Assembly (NCBI RefSeq): GCF_000284115.1
Contig: NC_017080.1
Coordinates: 960,001-992,000 of the forward strand
Reading direction: 5' to 3'
Source of the DNA: Phycisphaera mikurensis NBRC 102666
Lineage (GTDB): Bacteria; Planctomycetota; Phycisphaerae; Phycisphaerales; Phycisphaeraceae
DNA length: 32,000 bases
Positions within the stretch are counted from its first letter, which is position 1. Every line of letters starts with the position of its first letter. The notes below the pieces were generated by a model. It did not search any database and had not been told where the DNA came from. It was given only the letters and a program-made list of their open reading frames with translations. This document shows, piece after piece, positions 7,693 through 15,313 of this stretch. The position numbers and the translations under genes were made by a program.

Positions 7693-8382
7693 ATGACCGA
7701 GACCGACACCCAGGCCGACGACCCGAACCTCGAGGAAGCCCCCAACGGCGGCGCTGCGACCGACCTCGAAGACGGCATCGTGGAGGAAGAGGAGCCGCTG
7801 GTCTTCCCGGGGATGAACTGGTTCGTCCTGCGGGTCGCGAGCAACAAGGAGGACAGCGTGCGCAAGACGCTGCTCCGCAAGGTCAAGATCGAGGGCTTCG
7901 ACGGCGAGCACCCCGACCGGCCGCACCTGGTCAACCGGATCCTGGTGCCCACCGAGAAGACCAAGACGATGAAAGGCGGCAAGGAGAAGGTCATGGAGAC
8001 CAAGCTCTACCCGGGCTACGTCTTCGTGGAGATGCAGCTCGAGCCCGACGGCCGGATCCCCCAGGACGTCTTCTTCCTGATCAAGGAGACCACCGGCGTC
8101 GGCGACTTCATCGGCACCGCGGGCCGCCCGAGCCCGATGTCGATCCCCGAGATCGAGAAGATGCTCACCTCCGCCAAGCCGCAGGAAGAGCAGCCGCAGG
8201 TGCGGATGGAGTTCGAGCCGGGTGACCACATCCGCATCAAGGAAGGCCCCTTCGAGAACATGGAGGGGACCGTCGACGAGCTGCTGCCCGATCAGGGCAA
8301 GGTCCGCGTGATCGTCACGATCTTCGGGCGGGCGACGCCGGTGGAGCTGGAGTACTGGTTGATCGAGCGGATCACCGAGTGA
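7693..8382 (+). CDS. nusG: Transcription termination/antitermination factor NusG, with an acidic N-terminal extension
   Basis: NGN domain NWFVLRVASNKEDSVRKTL... and KOW motif GDHIRIKEGPFENMEGTVDEL...KVRVIVTIFGRATPVELEY. Confidence 0.97.
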   Translation: MTETDTQADDPNLEEAPNGGAATDLEDGIVEEEEPLVFPGMNWFVLRVASNKEDSVRKTLLRKVKIEGFDGEHPDRPHLVNRILVPTEKTKTMKGGKEKVMETKLYPGYVFVEMQLEPDGRIPQDVFFLIKETTGVGDFIGTAGRPSPMSIPEIEKMLTSAKPQEEQPQVRMEFEPGDHIRIKEGPFENMEGTVDELLPDQGKVRVIVTIFGRATPVELEYWLIERITE

Positions 8383-8491
8383 GGCTCTGGTGAGGCTCTC
8401 GGGTCCCGGCTCGCCGAGGCCGCTTGGTCGGACGACGGCGTCGGGTCCACCTCGGCCTGTCGGCGAATGTTCCTGACACCTTCGCGCTCTC

Positions 8492-9874
8492 TTAGAGCCC
8501 TGCGCGGAAGGCGTTGAGCAGGTTGAAGCCGAAGCTGGGATAGGCGGCGGCGGTGTCGGCGAGCCGCTCGGTGGCGGCGGGGTCGTGCAGACCGGTGGCG
8601 AAGAGGTTGATCGCCTCTTCAGCGCCTGGGCCCACCAGGTGGGCGCCGACGAGGCGCCGGTCGCGGGCGGCATCGGAGCCGGCGTAGACGAACTTGTAGT
8701 AGGCGTGCTCGGCGCGTTGCTGCTTCATCAGCTTCCAGGCGGAGGCGTCGCCGCTGACGGCATCGACTTCCCCGAGGCCGGCGGTACCCCGGGCCTCGGC
8801 TTCGGTGTAGCCGGCCATCGCCGCGGTGGGCAGCGTGAAGGCGGCGGCGGTGATCCGCGGCGGGTCCGGCCGCAGGTGCGTCCGCGGCGGGTCGGCGTCG
8901 AGCAGGTTGCGGCGGAGCACGCGGCCGTCGCGGGCGGCCGTGGGGGTGAGCGAGGGGTTGCCGGTGTCGGCGACGTCGCCGCCCGCGTAGATGCGGGGGT
9001 TCGTCGTGCGGAGCTGCCGATCCACGCGGACGCCGCGTTCTCCGGCCTCGACGCCGGCGGCCGGCAGGTTCAAGCCGGCGACGGCCGGAACCCGGCCGGC
9101 GGTGGCCACGACCAGGTCGACCTCCACGGGCGGGCTGCCGTCGCCCTGGCAGAGCCGGAAGCCGCTCTGGCTCGGCTCGATCGCGGTCACCCGGCGCCCC
9201 GTCGACAGGCGGACGCCCACCGCCGCCATGCCCGCGGCGACCACCCGGACCGCGTCCGCGTCGAAGGGTGCCAGGACCCGGTCCGCGGCCTCGAACACGG
9301 TGACGCGGCTGCCCGCGACGGCGGCGACCGCCGCGAACTCCAACCCGACGTACCCGCCCCCGACGAAGGCGACGCGGCGTGGGAGCGCGTCGAGACGGAG
9401 GAACGCGGCGGAGTCGATGGCGTGCCCGCCGCCGGCGGTGTCCAGCGTCCCGGGCACGCGGCCGGTGCACACCGCCGCCTTGCCGAAGCGGAAGCGATCG
9501 CCGGCGACCTCCAGCGTCTGCTCGTCGACGAAGGCGGCCTCGGCCTCCACGAGGCGGATGCCGGCGGCGGCGAGGTCGTGGCGGGTCTGCGCCGGGATCG
9601 GGGCCGTGAAAGATTCTTTGAAGGCGTGGAGCTCGCCGTACCGCAGCTCCGGCGTCCCGCCGAGGCCGTGCCCGCGGAATGCTATGAAGCGGTGGAGGGC
9701 CTCCGCGGCGGCGACCAGCGGCTTCTTCGCGTCGCAGCCGCGGTTGGCGCAGGTCCCACCCGGGCTGTGCGGGTCGATCATCAAGACCGATCGTCCGGCC
9801 TTGGCGGCGGCGTAGGCGGGCATCTGCCCGGCCGTCCCGCACCCGAGGATCGCCACGTCGACATCGGTCATCAC
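8492..9874 (-). CDS. Class I FAD-dependent pyridine nucleotide-disulfide oxidoreductase (glutathione reductase / dihydrolipoyl dehydrogenase family)
   Basis: DVAILGCGTAGQMPAYAAAK (FAD-binding GxGxxG), redox-active GGTCANRGCDAKK (CxxxxC), a second Rossmann fold VAFVGGGYVGLEFA, and IYAGGDV. The C-terminal HPT.SE-type motif is not obvious, so the substrate is unassigned. Confidence 0.9.
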   Translation of the reverse strand: MMTDVDVAILGCGTAGQMPAYAAAKAGRSVLMIDPHSPGGTCANRGCDAKKPLVAAAEALHRFIAFRGHGLGGTPELRYGELHAFKESFTAPIPAQTRHDLAAAGIRLVEAEAAFVDEQTLEVAGDRFRFGKAAVCTGRVPGTLDTAGGGHAIDSAAFLRLDALPRRVAFVGGGYVGLEFAAVAAVAGSRVTVFEAADRVLAPFDADAVRVVAAGMAAVGVRLSTGRRVTAIEPSQSGFRLCQGDGSPPVEVDLVVATAGRVPAVAGLNLPAAGVEAGERGVRVDRQLRTTNPRIYAGGDVADTGNPSLTPTAARDGRVLRRNLLDADPPRTHLRPDPPRITAAAFTLPTAAMAGYTEAEARGTAGLGEVDAVSGDASAWKLMKQQRAEHAYYKFVYAGSDAARDRRLVGAHLVGPGAEEAINLFATGLHDPAATERLADTAAAYPSFGFNLLNAFRAGL

Positions 9875-9922
9875 CGGAAGCTACGCGGGTGGTTTGGCTT
9901 GCGTTGCCCCGCAGCGGCGCCT

Positions 9923-9940
9923 GCGCGTCGGCCGACGCGC
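9923..9940. promoter_or_regulatory. Perfect 18-bp palindrome GCGCGTCGGCCGACGCGC in a divergent intergenic region
   Basis: The reverse complement equals the sequence. Each half contains CGACGCGC, the same core as the iterons at 10911-10970. It lies between the oxidoreductase start (9874, minus strand) and ORF 10002. Confidence 0.35.
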
Positions 9941-10001
9941 CGCCTTAGCCTGAAGCCGGGCACCCGGACCGCCCGATAGCGCCGACGCGGGTCGGCCCCG
10001 C

Positions 10002-10892
10002 GTGCGACCCGTCGCTCCCTGCCCGTGCCGCGCCGGCACCGCCGCAGCCGCTTCTCTACCCGAGACCGACCCCTTGCGATACCGCTTCAGAGGACTGCTC
10101 CGCGAGACCGGCAAACCCGTCGAGGGCCACGTCGAGGCGCAAGGCCAGGCGAGCGCCTTCCGGATGCTCGGGGACAACGGCATCGTCTGCGAGGCGTTGC
10201 GTGAAGACCCGCTGCCCGAGGCCTACACCGGCAGCGACGACGAGGTCGGGTCCGCCATCGACTCGGCCTTGGACGTGTCGAGCACGCACGTCGACGTCGA
10301 CGAGATCGCCCGCCGCTACGGCGGCCAGAGCGTCCGCGTGATCGACCGCGACAAGATCCGCAAACGCGTGATGGAGGTGGTCACCACCGCGATCAAGAAG
10401 AGCCTGCCCGCGAGCACCTCCGCCGACACCAGCGCCCGCGACGAGACGCTCGAACGCGTCGAGGAGGCGATCAAGAAGGTCTTCGGGAACAACGCGAACC
10501 TCACCAGCGAGGTCCCGGCCCCCGCCGCGGCGGAGCCGGCCCCCGCTCCCGCCCCCGCCCCGGGCCCGCGGCCGGTCCCGACCGCCGCGGTCGCCGCGGG
10601 CGCCGGCGTTGCCGAGGGGACGCCTTTCGCCGAGAACAAGTTCCAGCTCATCTCCGAGGCCCTCGGCCGCATCGAGCGGAACATGAACGTCGTGGTGGCC
10701 GCCGCCAAGCGGGGCGGCATCGGCGGCGGCGGCGGGGGCGGTCGCGGCGCCGACCACAGCGCCAACGTCGGCCGGCACCTCAAGACGGTCCGCAACCCCG
10801 AGAACGACAAGGTGCTCCTGCAGATCTTCGAGACCAACGTGAAGATGCAGAAGAAGGTCGCCGAGAAGGCCGCCGGCGGCGGCGACGGCTGA
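10002..10892 (+). CDS. Hypothetical protein with a Pro/Ala-rich linker and a Gly run
   Basis: The N-terminal YRFRGLLRETGKPVEGHVEAQGQASAFRMLGDNGIVCEAL resembles the small N-terminal domain of GspF/PilC-type proteins. It is followed by helical regions, APAAAEPAPAPAPAPGPRPVP, and GGIGGGGGGGRG. Third positions are G/C-rich. The start is uncertain (GTG 10002 or TTG 10074). Confidence 0.65.
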   Translation: MRPVAPCPCRAGTAAAASLPETDPLRYRFRGLLRETGKPVEGHVEAQGQASAFRMLGDNGIVCEALREDPLPEAYTGSDDEVGSAIDSALDVSSTHVDVDEIARRYGGQSVRVIDRDKIRKRVMEVVTTAIKKSLPASTSADTSARDETLERVEEAIKKVFGNNANLTSEVPAPAAAEPAPAPAPAPGPRPVPTAAVAAGAGVAEGTPFAENKFQLISEALGRIERNMNVVVAAAKRGGIGGGGGGGRGADHSANVGRHLKTVRNPENDKVLLQIFETNVKMQKKVAEKAAGGGDG

Positions 10893-10910
10893 AACCGGAG
10901 CCGTCGGCCC

Positions 10911-10970
10911 TGACGCGGTCCGACGCGGGGCCGACGCGGTCCGACACGCCTGACGCGCCCCGACGCGCCC
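10911..10970. repeat. Array of six ~10-bp iterons with core GACGCG
   Basis: TGACGCGGTC CGACGCGGGG CCGACGCGGT CCGACACGCC TGACGCGCCC CGACGCGCCC. Cores start at 10912, 10922, 10933, 10943 (GACACG), 10952 and 10962. The array begins 18 nt after the stop of ORF 10002-10892 and ends 178 nt before the actin-like ATG. Confidence 0.8.
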
Positions 10971-11147
10971 TCGTAGGTCTGCCCCTTTTGTCCAGCCCCC
11001 CCGGCTTTCCGGACCTTCCGGCTAACCTCCAAACCAACTCCTGCCGATGGCAGGCCCACCGCCCGAGATCGGGCGACCCGGCGTCGCCGGGACCCTTTCG
11101 AGCCCGATCGCTCGCCCCCACCGCCACCGCAAGGAGCACCCCGCAGC

Positions 11148-12203
11148 ATGAGCAAGAACCGCAACAAAGCCGACGACAGCGGCTCGACGACCGACGCCCT
11201 GTACCTCGGCATCGACCTGGGCACCAGCCGCTCGTCCATCGCAACCGCCGAGGGCGCCCGCAAGACCGTCGAGTCGTACGTCGGCTGGCCCAAGGACGCG
11301 GTCTCGATGAAGCACCTCAACGGCCGCTCCATCATCTACGGCCGCGAAGCCCTGGACAACCGGCTCTCGCTGGACCTCTACCGCCCGCTCGCCGACGGCG
11401 TCATCAAGACCGACGAAGCCGGCGACCGCAACCTCGAGGCCGCTCGCGAGCTGATCGCGTACCTGGTCGAGCTGGCCGACCCGCCGCGCGGCGTCGAGCT
11501 CTTCGGCGTGTGCGGCGTGCCCTCCGAGGCGAGCGGCACGAACAAGGAGGCGATCATCGAGTCGACCAAGGGCATCCTCGACGCGGTGATGATCGTCACC
11601 GAGCCCTTCTGCGTGGCCTACGGCCTCGAGCGGACCAGCGACGTGCTCGTCGTGGACATCGGTGCCGGCACGACGGACCTCTGCCGGATGCACGGCACGG
11701 TGCCCACGATGGAGGACCAGATCTCCATCAACGTCGCCGGCGACGCCGTCGACAAGAAGATGTACGAGCTGATCAAGAACGCGTACCCCGACGCGTCGCT
11801 GAACATCAACATGTGCAAGAAGTTCAAGGAGCAGTACGGCTACGTGCACTCCGCGACCGACAAGATCGAGGTCATGATGCCGGTCAACGGCAAGCCGACC
11901 AAGCACGACATCACGCAGATCGTCCACGACGCCTGCTACATCCTGGTCGACCCGATCGTCGAGGCCATCCACAAGCTGATCTCGACCTTCGATCCCGAGT
12001 TCCAGGACAAGCTCCGCAACAACATCATCCTCTCCGGCGGCGGCGGCCTCATGGGGGGCCTGAACAAGGCCATCGAAGACAAGCTCGAGCGGGTCGGCGG
12101 CGCGTCCGTCACCCAGGTCGAGGAGCCGATGTACGCCGGCGCCAACGGCGGCCTCCAGCTCGCGCTGGACATGCCCGAGGACTACTGGCAGCAGCTGCGG
12201 TAA
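11148..12203 (+). CDS. Actin-like ATPase of the MreB/MamK superfamily (MamK-like)
   Basis: Actin-fold motifs LGIDLGTSRSS (phosphate 1), VVDIGAGTTDL (phosphate 2) and ILSGGGGLMGGL (adenosine). From memory, YVGWPKD, VTEPFCVAYGL and the C-terminal PEDYWQQL parallel MamK (VVGYPKD, VSEPFMVGYGL, PPQYWRQL). AAGGAG lies 11 nt upstream of the ATG. Confidence 0.9.
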   Translation: MSKNRNKADDSGSTTDALYLGIDLGTSRSSIATAEGARKTVESYVGWPKDAVSMKHLNGRSIIYGREALDNRLSLDLYRPLADGVIKTDEAGDRNLEAARELIAYLVELADPPRGVELFGVCGVPSEASGTNKEAIIESTKGILDAVMIVTEPFCVAYGLERTSDVLVVDIGAGTTDLCRMHGTVPTMEDQISINVAGDAVDKKMYELIKNAYPDASLNINMCKKFKEQYGYVHSATDKIEVMMPVNGKPTKHDITQIVHDACYILVDPIVEAIHKLISTFDPEFQDKLRNNIILSGGGGLMGGLNKAIEDKLERVGGASVTQVEEPMYAGANGGLQLALDMPEDYWQQLR

Positions 12204-12298
12204 CGCCTCCTGTGGGCGGCCCGGGCGCCACCGCCGGGGCCGCGCGCCGGACCAAGCCTCCGGCTTCCGCCGATCCGATCCGGTTGTCACGAACAAGC

Positions 12299-12324
12299 GC
12301 AGGCCGGTCCCCGGACCGGCCTGC
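12299..12324. terminator. Hairpin between the convergent actin-like and M20 genes (possible bidirectional terminator)
   Basis: GCAGGCCGGTCC-CC-GGACCGGCCTGC, 10-12 bp of perfect pairing. No U-tract. Confidence 0.4.
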
Positions 12325-12346
12325 TTGCTGCGCCGCGAGCCGGATG

Positions 12347-12392
12347 CCGCGGACCGCAAGGCTTCCGGGCCCCCGGCGGCCGCGGTCCGCGG
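12347..12392. repeat. 46-nt palindromic element, copy 1 (CCGCGGACCGC-N24-GCGGTCCGCGG)
   Basis: 11-bp perfect arms at 12347-12357 and 12382-12392, with arm centres 33 bp apart. It lies 9 nt beyond the M20 stop codon on the minus strand. Confidence 0.85.
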
Positions 12393-12401
12393 ACCGGCCG
12401 C

Positions 12402-13805
12402 TTATCCCTCCGCCAGGCGGCCGAGCAGCTCCGCGTGCACCCTCGCCCCCAGGTGGAAGCGGTCGAGCCCGAAGTGCTCGTCGGGGCTGTGGATGTCGTC
12501 GGCGTTGAGGCCGAAGCCCAGCAGCAGCGTGTCCATGCCAAGCGTTTCCTTGAAGTCGGCGATGACCGGGATCGTGGCGCCCGAGCGGACGAGGGCCGGC
12601 CTCACGCCGGCGATCGCCTCGCAGGCCGCGACGGCGGCGGCGATCTCGGCGGAGTCACGCCGCACCAGCACGGGGTCCGCCTCGCCGTGGTTCTCCAGGT
12701 CCCAGCGGCATCCGTCGACCTCCTGTTGCTCCAGCCACTCGGTGAAGAGCGCCGCGACGCGCCTTGCCTCCATGTTCCCAGGGATGCGGAAGCTGACCTT
12801 TGCGCCGGCGAAGGACGGCAGAACGGTCTTCGCACCCTCGCCCATGTACCCGCCGTAGAGGCCGTTGACGTCGCAAGCGGGGCGGGCCCAACGCCGCTCC
12901 AGGGTGGAGAAGCCGGCCTCGCCCGAGGCGGTTCCGCCCACGGCGCCGACGAAGCCCTCGTCGGTGAAGGGCAGGGCGGCCCACTCCTCGCGCTCGGCGG
13001 GATCCAGCGGCGCGACGTTGTCGTAGAAGCCGGGGATGGCGATGCGGCGGTCTTCGTCGAAGAGCTTCCCGAGCACGCGGGCGAGGACGGTCGCGGGGTT
13101 GGCCAGCGTGCCGCCGTACACGCCGGAGTGCAGGTCGCGGTCGGGGCCGTGGAGCTTCAGGTCGAAGTAGACGAGCCCGCGCAGGCCGTACGTCAGCGTC
13201 GGCGTTCTGGCGTCCCACATCGCGGTGTCGCTCACGACCGCGACGTCCGCGGACAGGTCCTTCCCCCGCTCTTGGAGGAAGGCCGGGAGGGTGCGGCTGC
13301 CGCACTCCTCCTCGCCCTCGATCAGCACCTTCACGTTGACCGGCAGCGGGACGCCGGCGTCGCGGAAGCCCTGCAACGCCTCCAGGAAGCAAGCCACCTG
13401 CCCCTTGTCGTCGCTCGCCCCGCGGGCGTACACGGCGTCGCCATCGCCGGCGGTCTGGCTCGGCCGCACCGCCGGCTCGAAGGGCGGGCTTGTCCAGAGC
13501 TCCAGCGGGTCCGGCGGCTGCACGTCGTAGTGCCCGTAGAAGAGCACCGTCGGCTTCTCGGCACCCGCCTCCGCGTTCCTGCCGAGCACCACCGGGTGGC
13601 CGCCGCCGGAGGAGACGGTCTCGGTGTCGAAGCCGAGCGCCTCGAGCCGCTGCGCCACCCACGCCGCGCCCCGCCGGACCTCCACGCCGTACGCCGGATC
13701 GGTGCTGACGGAGGGGATCGAAAGGAAGGACACCAGCCGTGCAACGGCCGCGTCGCGGGCTTCCTCAAGGGCTTGCTGAACGGCGGGGTGCTTCGCGTCG
13801 GGCAT
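12402..13805 (-). CDS. M20-family metallodipeptidase
   Basis: LFYGHYDVQP, ARGASDDKGQ, LIEGEEECGS and SPDEHF motifs typical of M20 (ArgE/DapE/CNDP-like) dipeptidases. Full-length 467-aa ORF. Confidence 0.92.
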   Translation of the reverse strand: MPDAKHPAVQQALEEARDAAVARLVSFLSIPSVSTDPAYGVEVRRGAAWVAQRLEALGFDTETVSSGGGHPVVLGRNAEAGAEKPTVLFYGHYDVQPPDPLELWTSPPFEPAVRPSQTAGDGDAVYARGASDDKGQVACFLEALQGFRDAGVPLPVNVKVLIEGEEECGSRTLPAFLQERGKDLSADVAVVSDTAMWDARTPTLTYGLRGLVYFDLKLHGPDRDLHSGVYGGTLANPATVLARVLGKLFDEDRRIAIPGFYDNVAPLDPAEREEWAALPFTDEGFVGAVGGTASGEAGFSTLERRWARPACDVNGLYGGYMGEGAKTVLPSFAGAKVSFRIPGNMEARRVAALFTEWLEQQEVDGCRWDLENHGEADPVLVRRDSAEIAAAVAACEAIAGVRPALVRSGATIPVIADFKETLGMDTLLLGFGLNADDIHSPDEHFGLDRFHLGARVHAELLGRLAEG

Positions 13806-13966
13806 CCGCCCAAGCTACGCGGATCCCGGCGGGCGCTCCCGCGGCGGCGGGGCGTCGGCGTGCGGGCGGATCCGTCGGCGGGCTGCGGGCCGGCCGGCTC
13901 GGACCGTGCGGAAGCGGCTGGCGGATCCCGGGGTCGCGGCCGGCCCCGCCCCCGTACCGTCGCCCC

Positions 13967-15148
13967 ATGACCGACCCCCGTCTCGCCAAGCTCGCCCGGG
14001 TTCTCGTCCGCCACTGCGTCGGGGTGAAGCCCGGCCAGACCGTCCGCATCGCCGGCGACGTCGTCGGGCTCCCGCTGCTGGAGCTGATCCACGAGGAGGT
14101 CGTCAGGGCCGGCGGGCACCCGCTCGTGCGGATGTCCTCGCAAAACATGCAGGACGCCTTCCTCGAGCTGGCGGGCGAGGATCAGCTCCGGCACCTGCCC
14201 GGCCTGGCGCTCGAGGAGGTCGAGGCGATCGACGCGTCGATCGGGCTCTGGGCCGACGTCAACACCAAGGCGCAGAGCCAGGCCGATCCGCAGCGGCAGG
14301 CCACGGTCTCGGCCGCCCGCTCGCCGCTGTCCGAACGCTTCTTGAAGCGGGCGGCCGCGGGCGATCTGAGGTGGTGCGGCACGCAGTTCCCCACCAACGC
14401 CGCGGCCCAGGACGCCGAGATGTCGCTGCGTGCGTACGCCGACTTCGTCTTCACCGCCGGCCACCTGGACGCCGCCGATCCGGCGGCCGAGTGGGAGCGG
14501 ATCTCCAAACGGCAGCAGCAGGTGGTCGATTACCTCGACGGCAAGGAGCAACTCCACTTCGAGGCCCCCAACGGCACCGACCTCGCCGTCGACGTTGCGG
14601 GCAACACGTGGATCAACTGCGACGGGCACGAGAACTTCCCCGACGGGGAGGTCTTCACCGGGCCGAATCTCCGGGCCGGCGGCGACTCCCCCGCCCCCGG
14701 CGGCGTGGCCGGTGTGGTGCGGTACAGCTTCCCCGCCGTGCACGGCGGCCGCGAGGTCCACGGCATCGAGCTGACCTTCGAGGGCGGGCGCGTGGTCGAC
14801 GCGAAGGCGGAGAAGAACCTGGGCTTCCTGCTGGCGATGCTCGACCAGGACGAGGGCGCCCGGCGCCTGGGCGAGATCGCGATCGGGACGAACTACCAGA
14901 TCACGCGCTACACGAAGAACACCCTCTTCGACGAGAAGATCGGCGGGACCTTCCACGCCGCCGTCGGCGCCGGCTACCCCGAGACCGGCAACGCGAACAA
15001 GAGCGGCCTGCACTGGGACATGGTGTGCGACCTGCGCGAGTCGGCGCCGGGCGCCGCCGATGGCGGGCGGATCACCGCCGACGGCGAACTCTTCCACGAG
15101 CACGGCCGGTTCGTGGGGCCGCTCGCCGGCGTGTTCGGCGCGGCCTGA
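13967..15148 (+). CDS. M29-family aminopeptidase (AmpS/PepS/aminopeptidase T-like)
   Basis: MTDPRLAKLARVLVRHCVGVKPGQTVRI..., ...NFPDGEVFTGP..., ...IGTNY...TKNTLFDEKIGGTFHAAVGAGY...SGLHWDMV. ATG at 13967 lies within track ORF 13739..15148. Confidence 0.92.
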   Translation: MTDPRLAKLARVLVRHCVGVKPGQTVRIAGDVVGLPLLELIHEEVVRAGGHPLVRMSSQNMQDAFLELAGEDQLRHLPGLALEEVEAIDASIGLWADVNTKAQSQADPQRQATVSAARSPLSERFLKRAAAGDLRWCGTQFPTNAAAQDAEMSLRAYADFVFTAGHLDAADPAAEWERISKRQQQVVDYLDGKEQLHFEAPNGTDLAVDVAGNTWINCDGHENFPDGEVFTGPNLRAGGDSPAPGGVAGVVRYSFPAVHGGREVHGIELTFEGGRVVDAKAEKNLGFLLAMLDQDEGARRLGEIAIGTNYQITRYTKNTLFDEKIGGTFHAAVGAGYPETGNANKSGLHWDMVCDLRESAPGAADGGRITADGELFHEHGRFVGPLAGVFGAA

Positions 15149-15163
15149 GCCGTGCCCGCGCGG

Positions 15164-15211
15164 GCCGCGGACCGCGCGGCCGGCGAGCCCAAAAAGCTCG
15201 CGGTCCGCGGC
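15164..15211. repeat. Palindromic element, copy 2 (GCCGCGGACCGCG-N22-CGCGGTCCGCGGC)
   Basis: 13-bp perfect arms at 15164-15176 and 15199-15211, with centres 33 bp apart (A15171, T15204). It starts 15 nt after the M29 stop codon. Confidence 0.85.
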
Positions 15212-15313
15212 GCTTCAGTGGGCGGGGGATCGCCCCGATGCCAAGCGTGTCGCGCGGGACGTCCTGCGCCGCCGCTGCCCCACGCCCGCACCCCCGAGCC
15301 CCCGACCGCCCCG

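Noticed and set aside
12299-12324. The hairpin GCAGGCCGGTCC-CC-GGACCGGCCTGC as a further member of the 46-nt palindromic element family.
   Set aside because: It shares only the GGTCC/GGACC core. The arms are adjacent, with centres 7 bp apart rather than 33, and the flanks differ. It is treated as an ordinary intergenic hairpin.
10988-12508. A 506-aa ORF overlapping the actin-like gene in another frame, and the antisense ORF 11022..12359.
   Set aside because: The frame starting at 11148 carries a complete, motif-perfect actin fold. The alternatives are Arg/Pro-rich junk.
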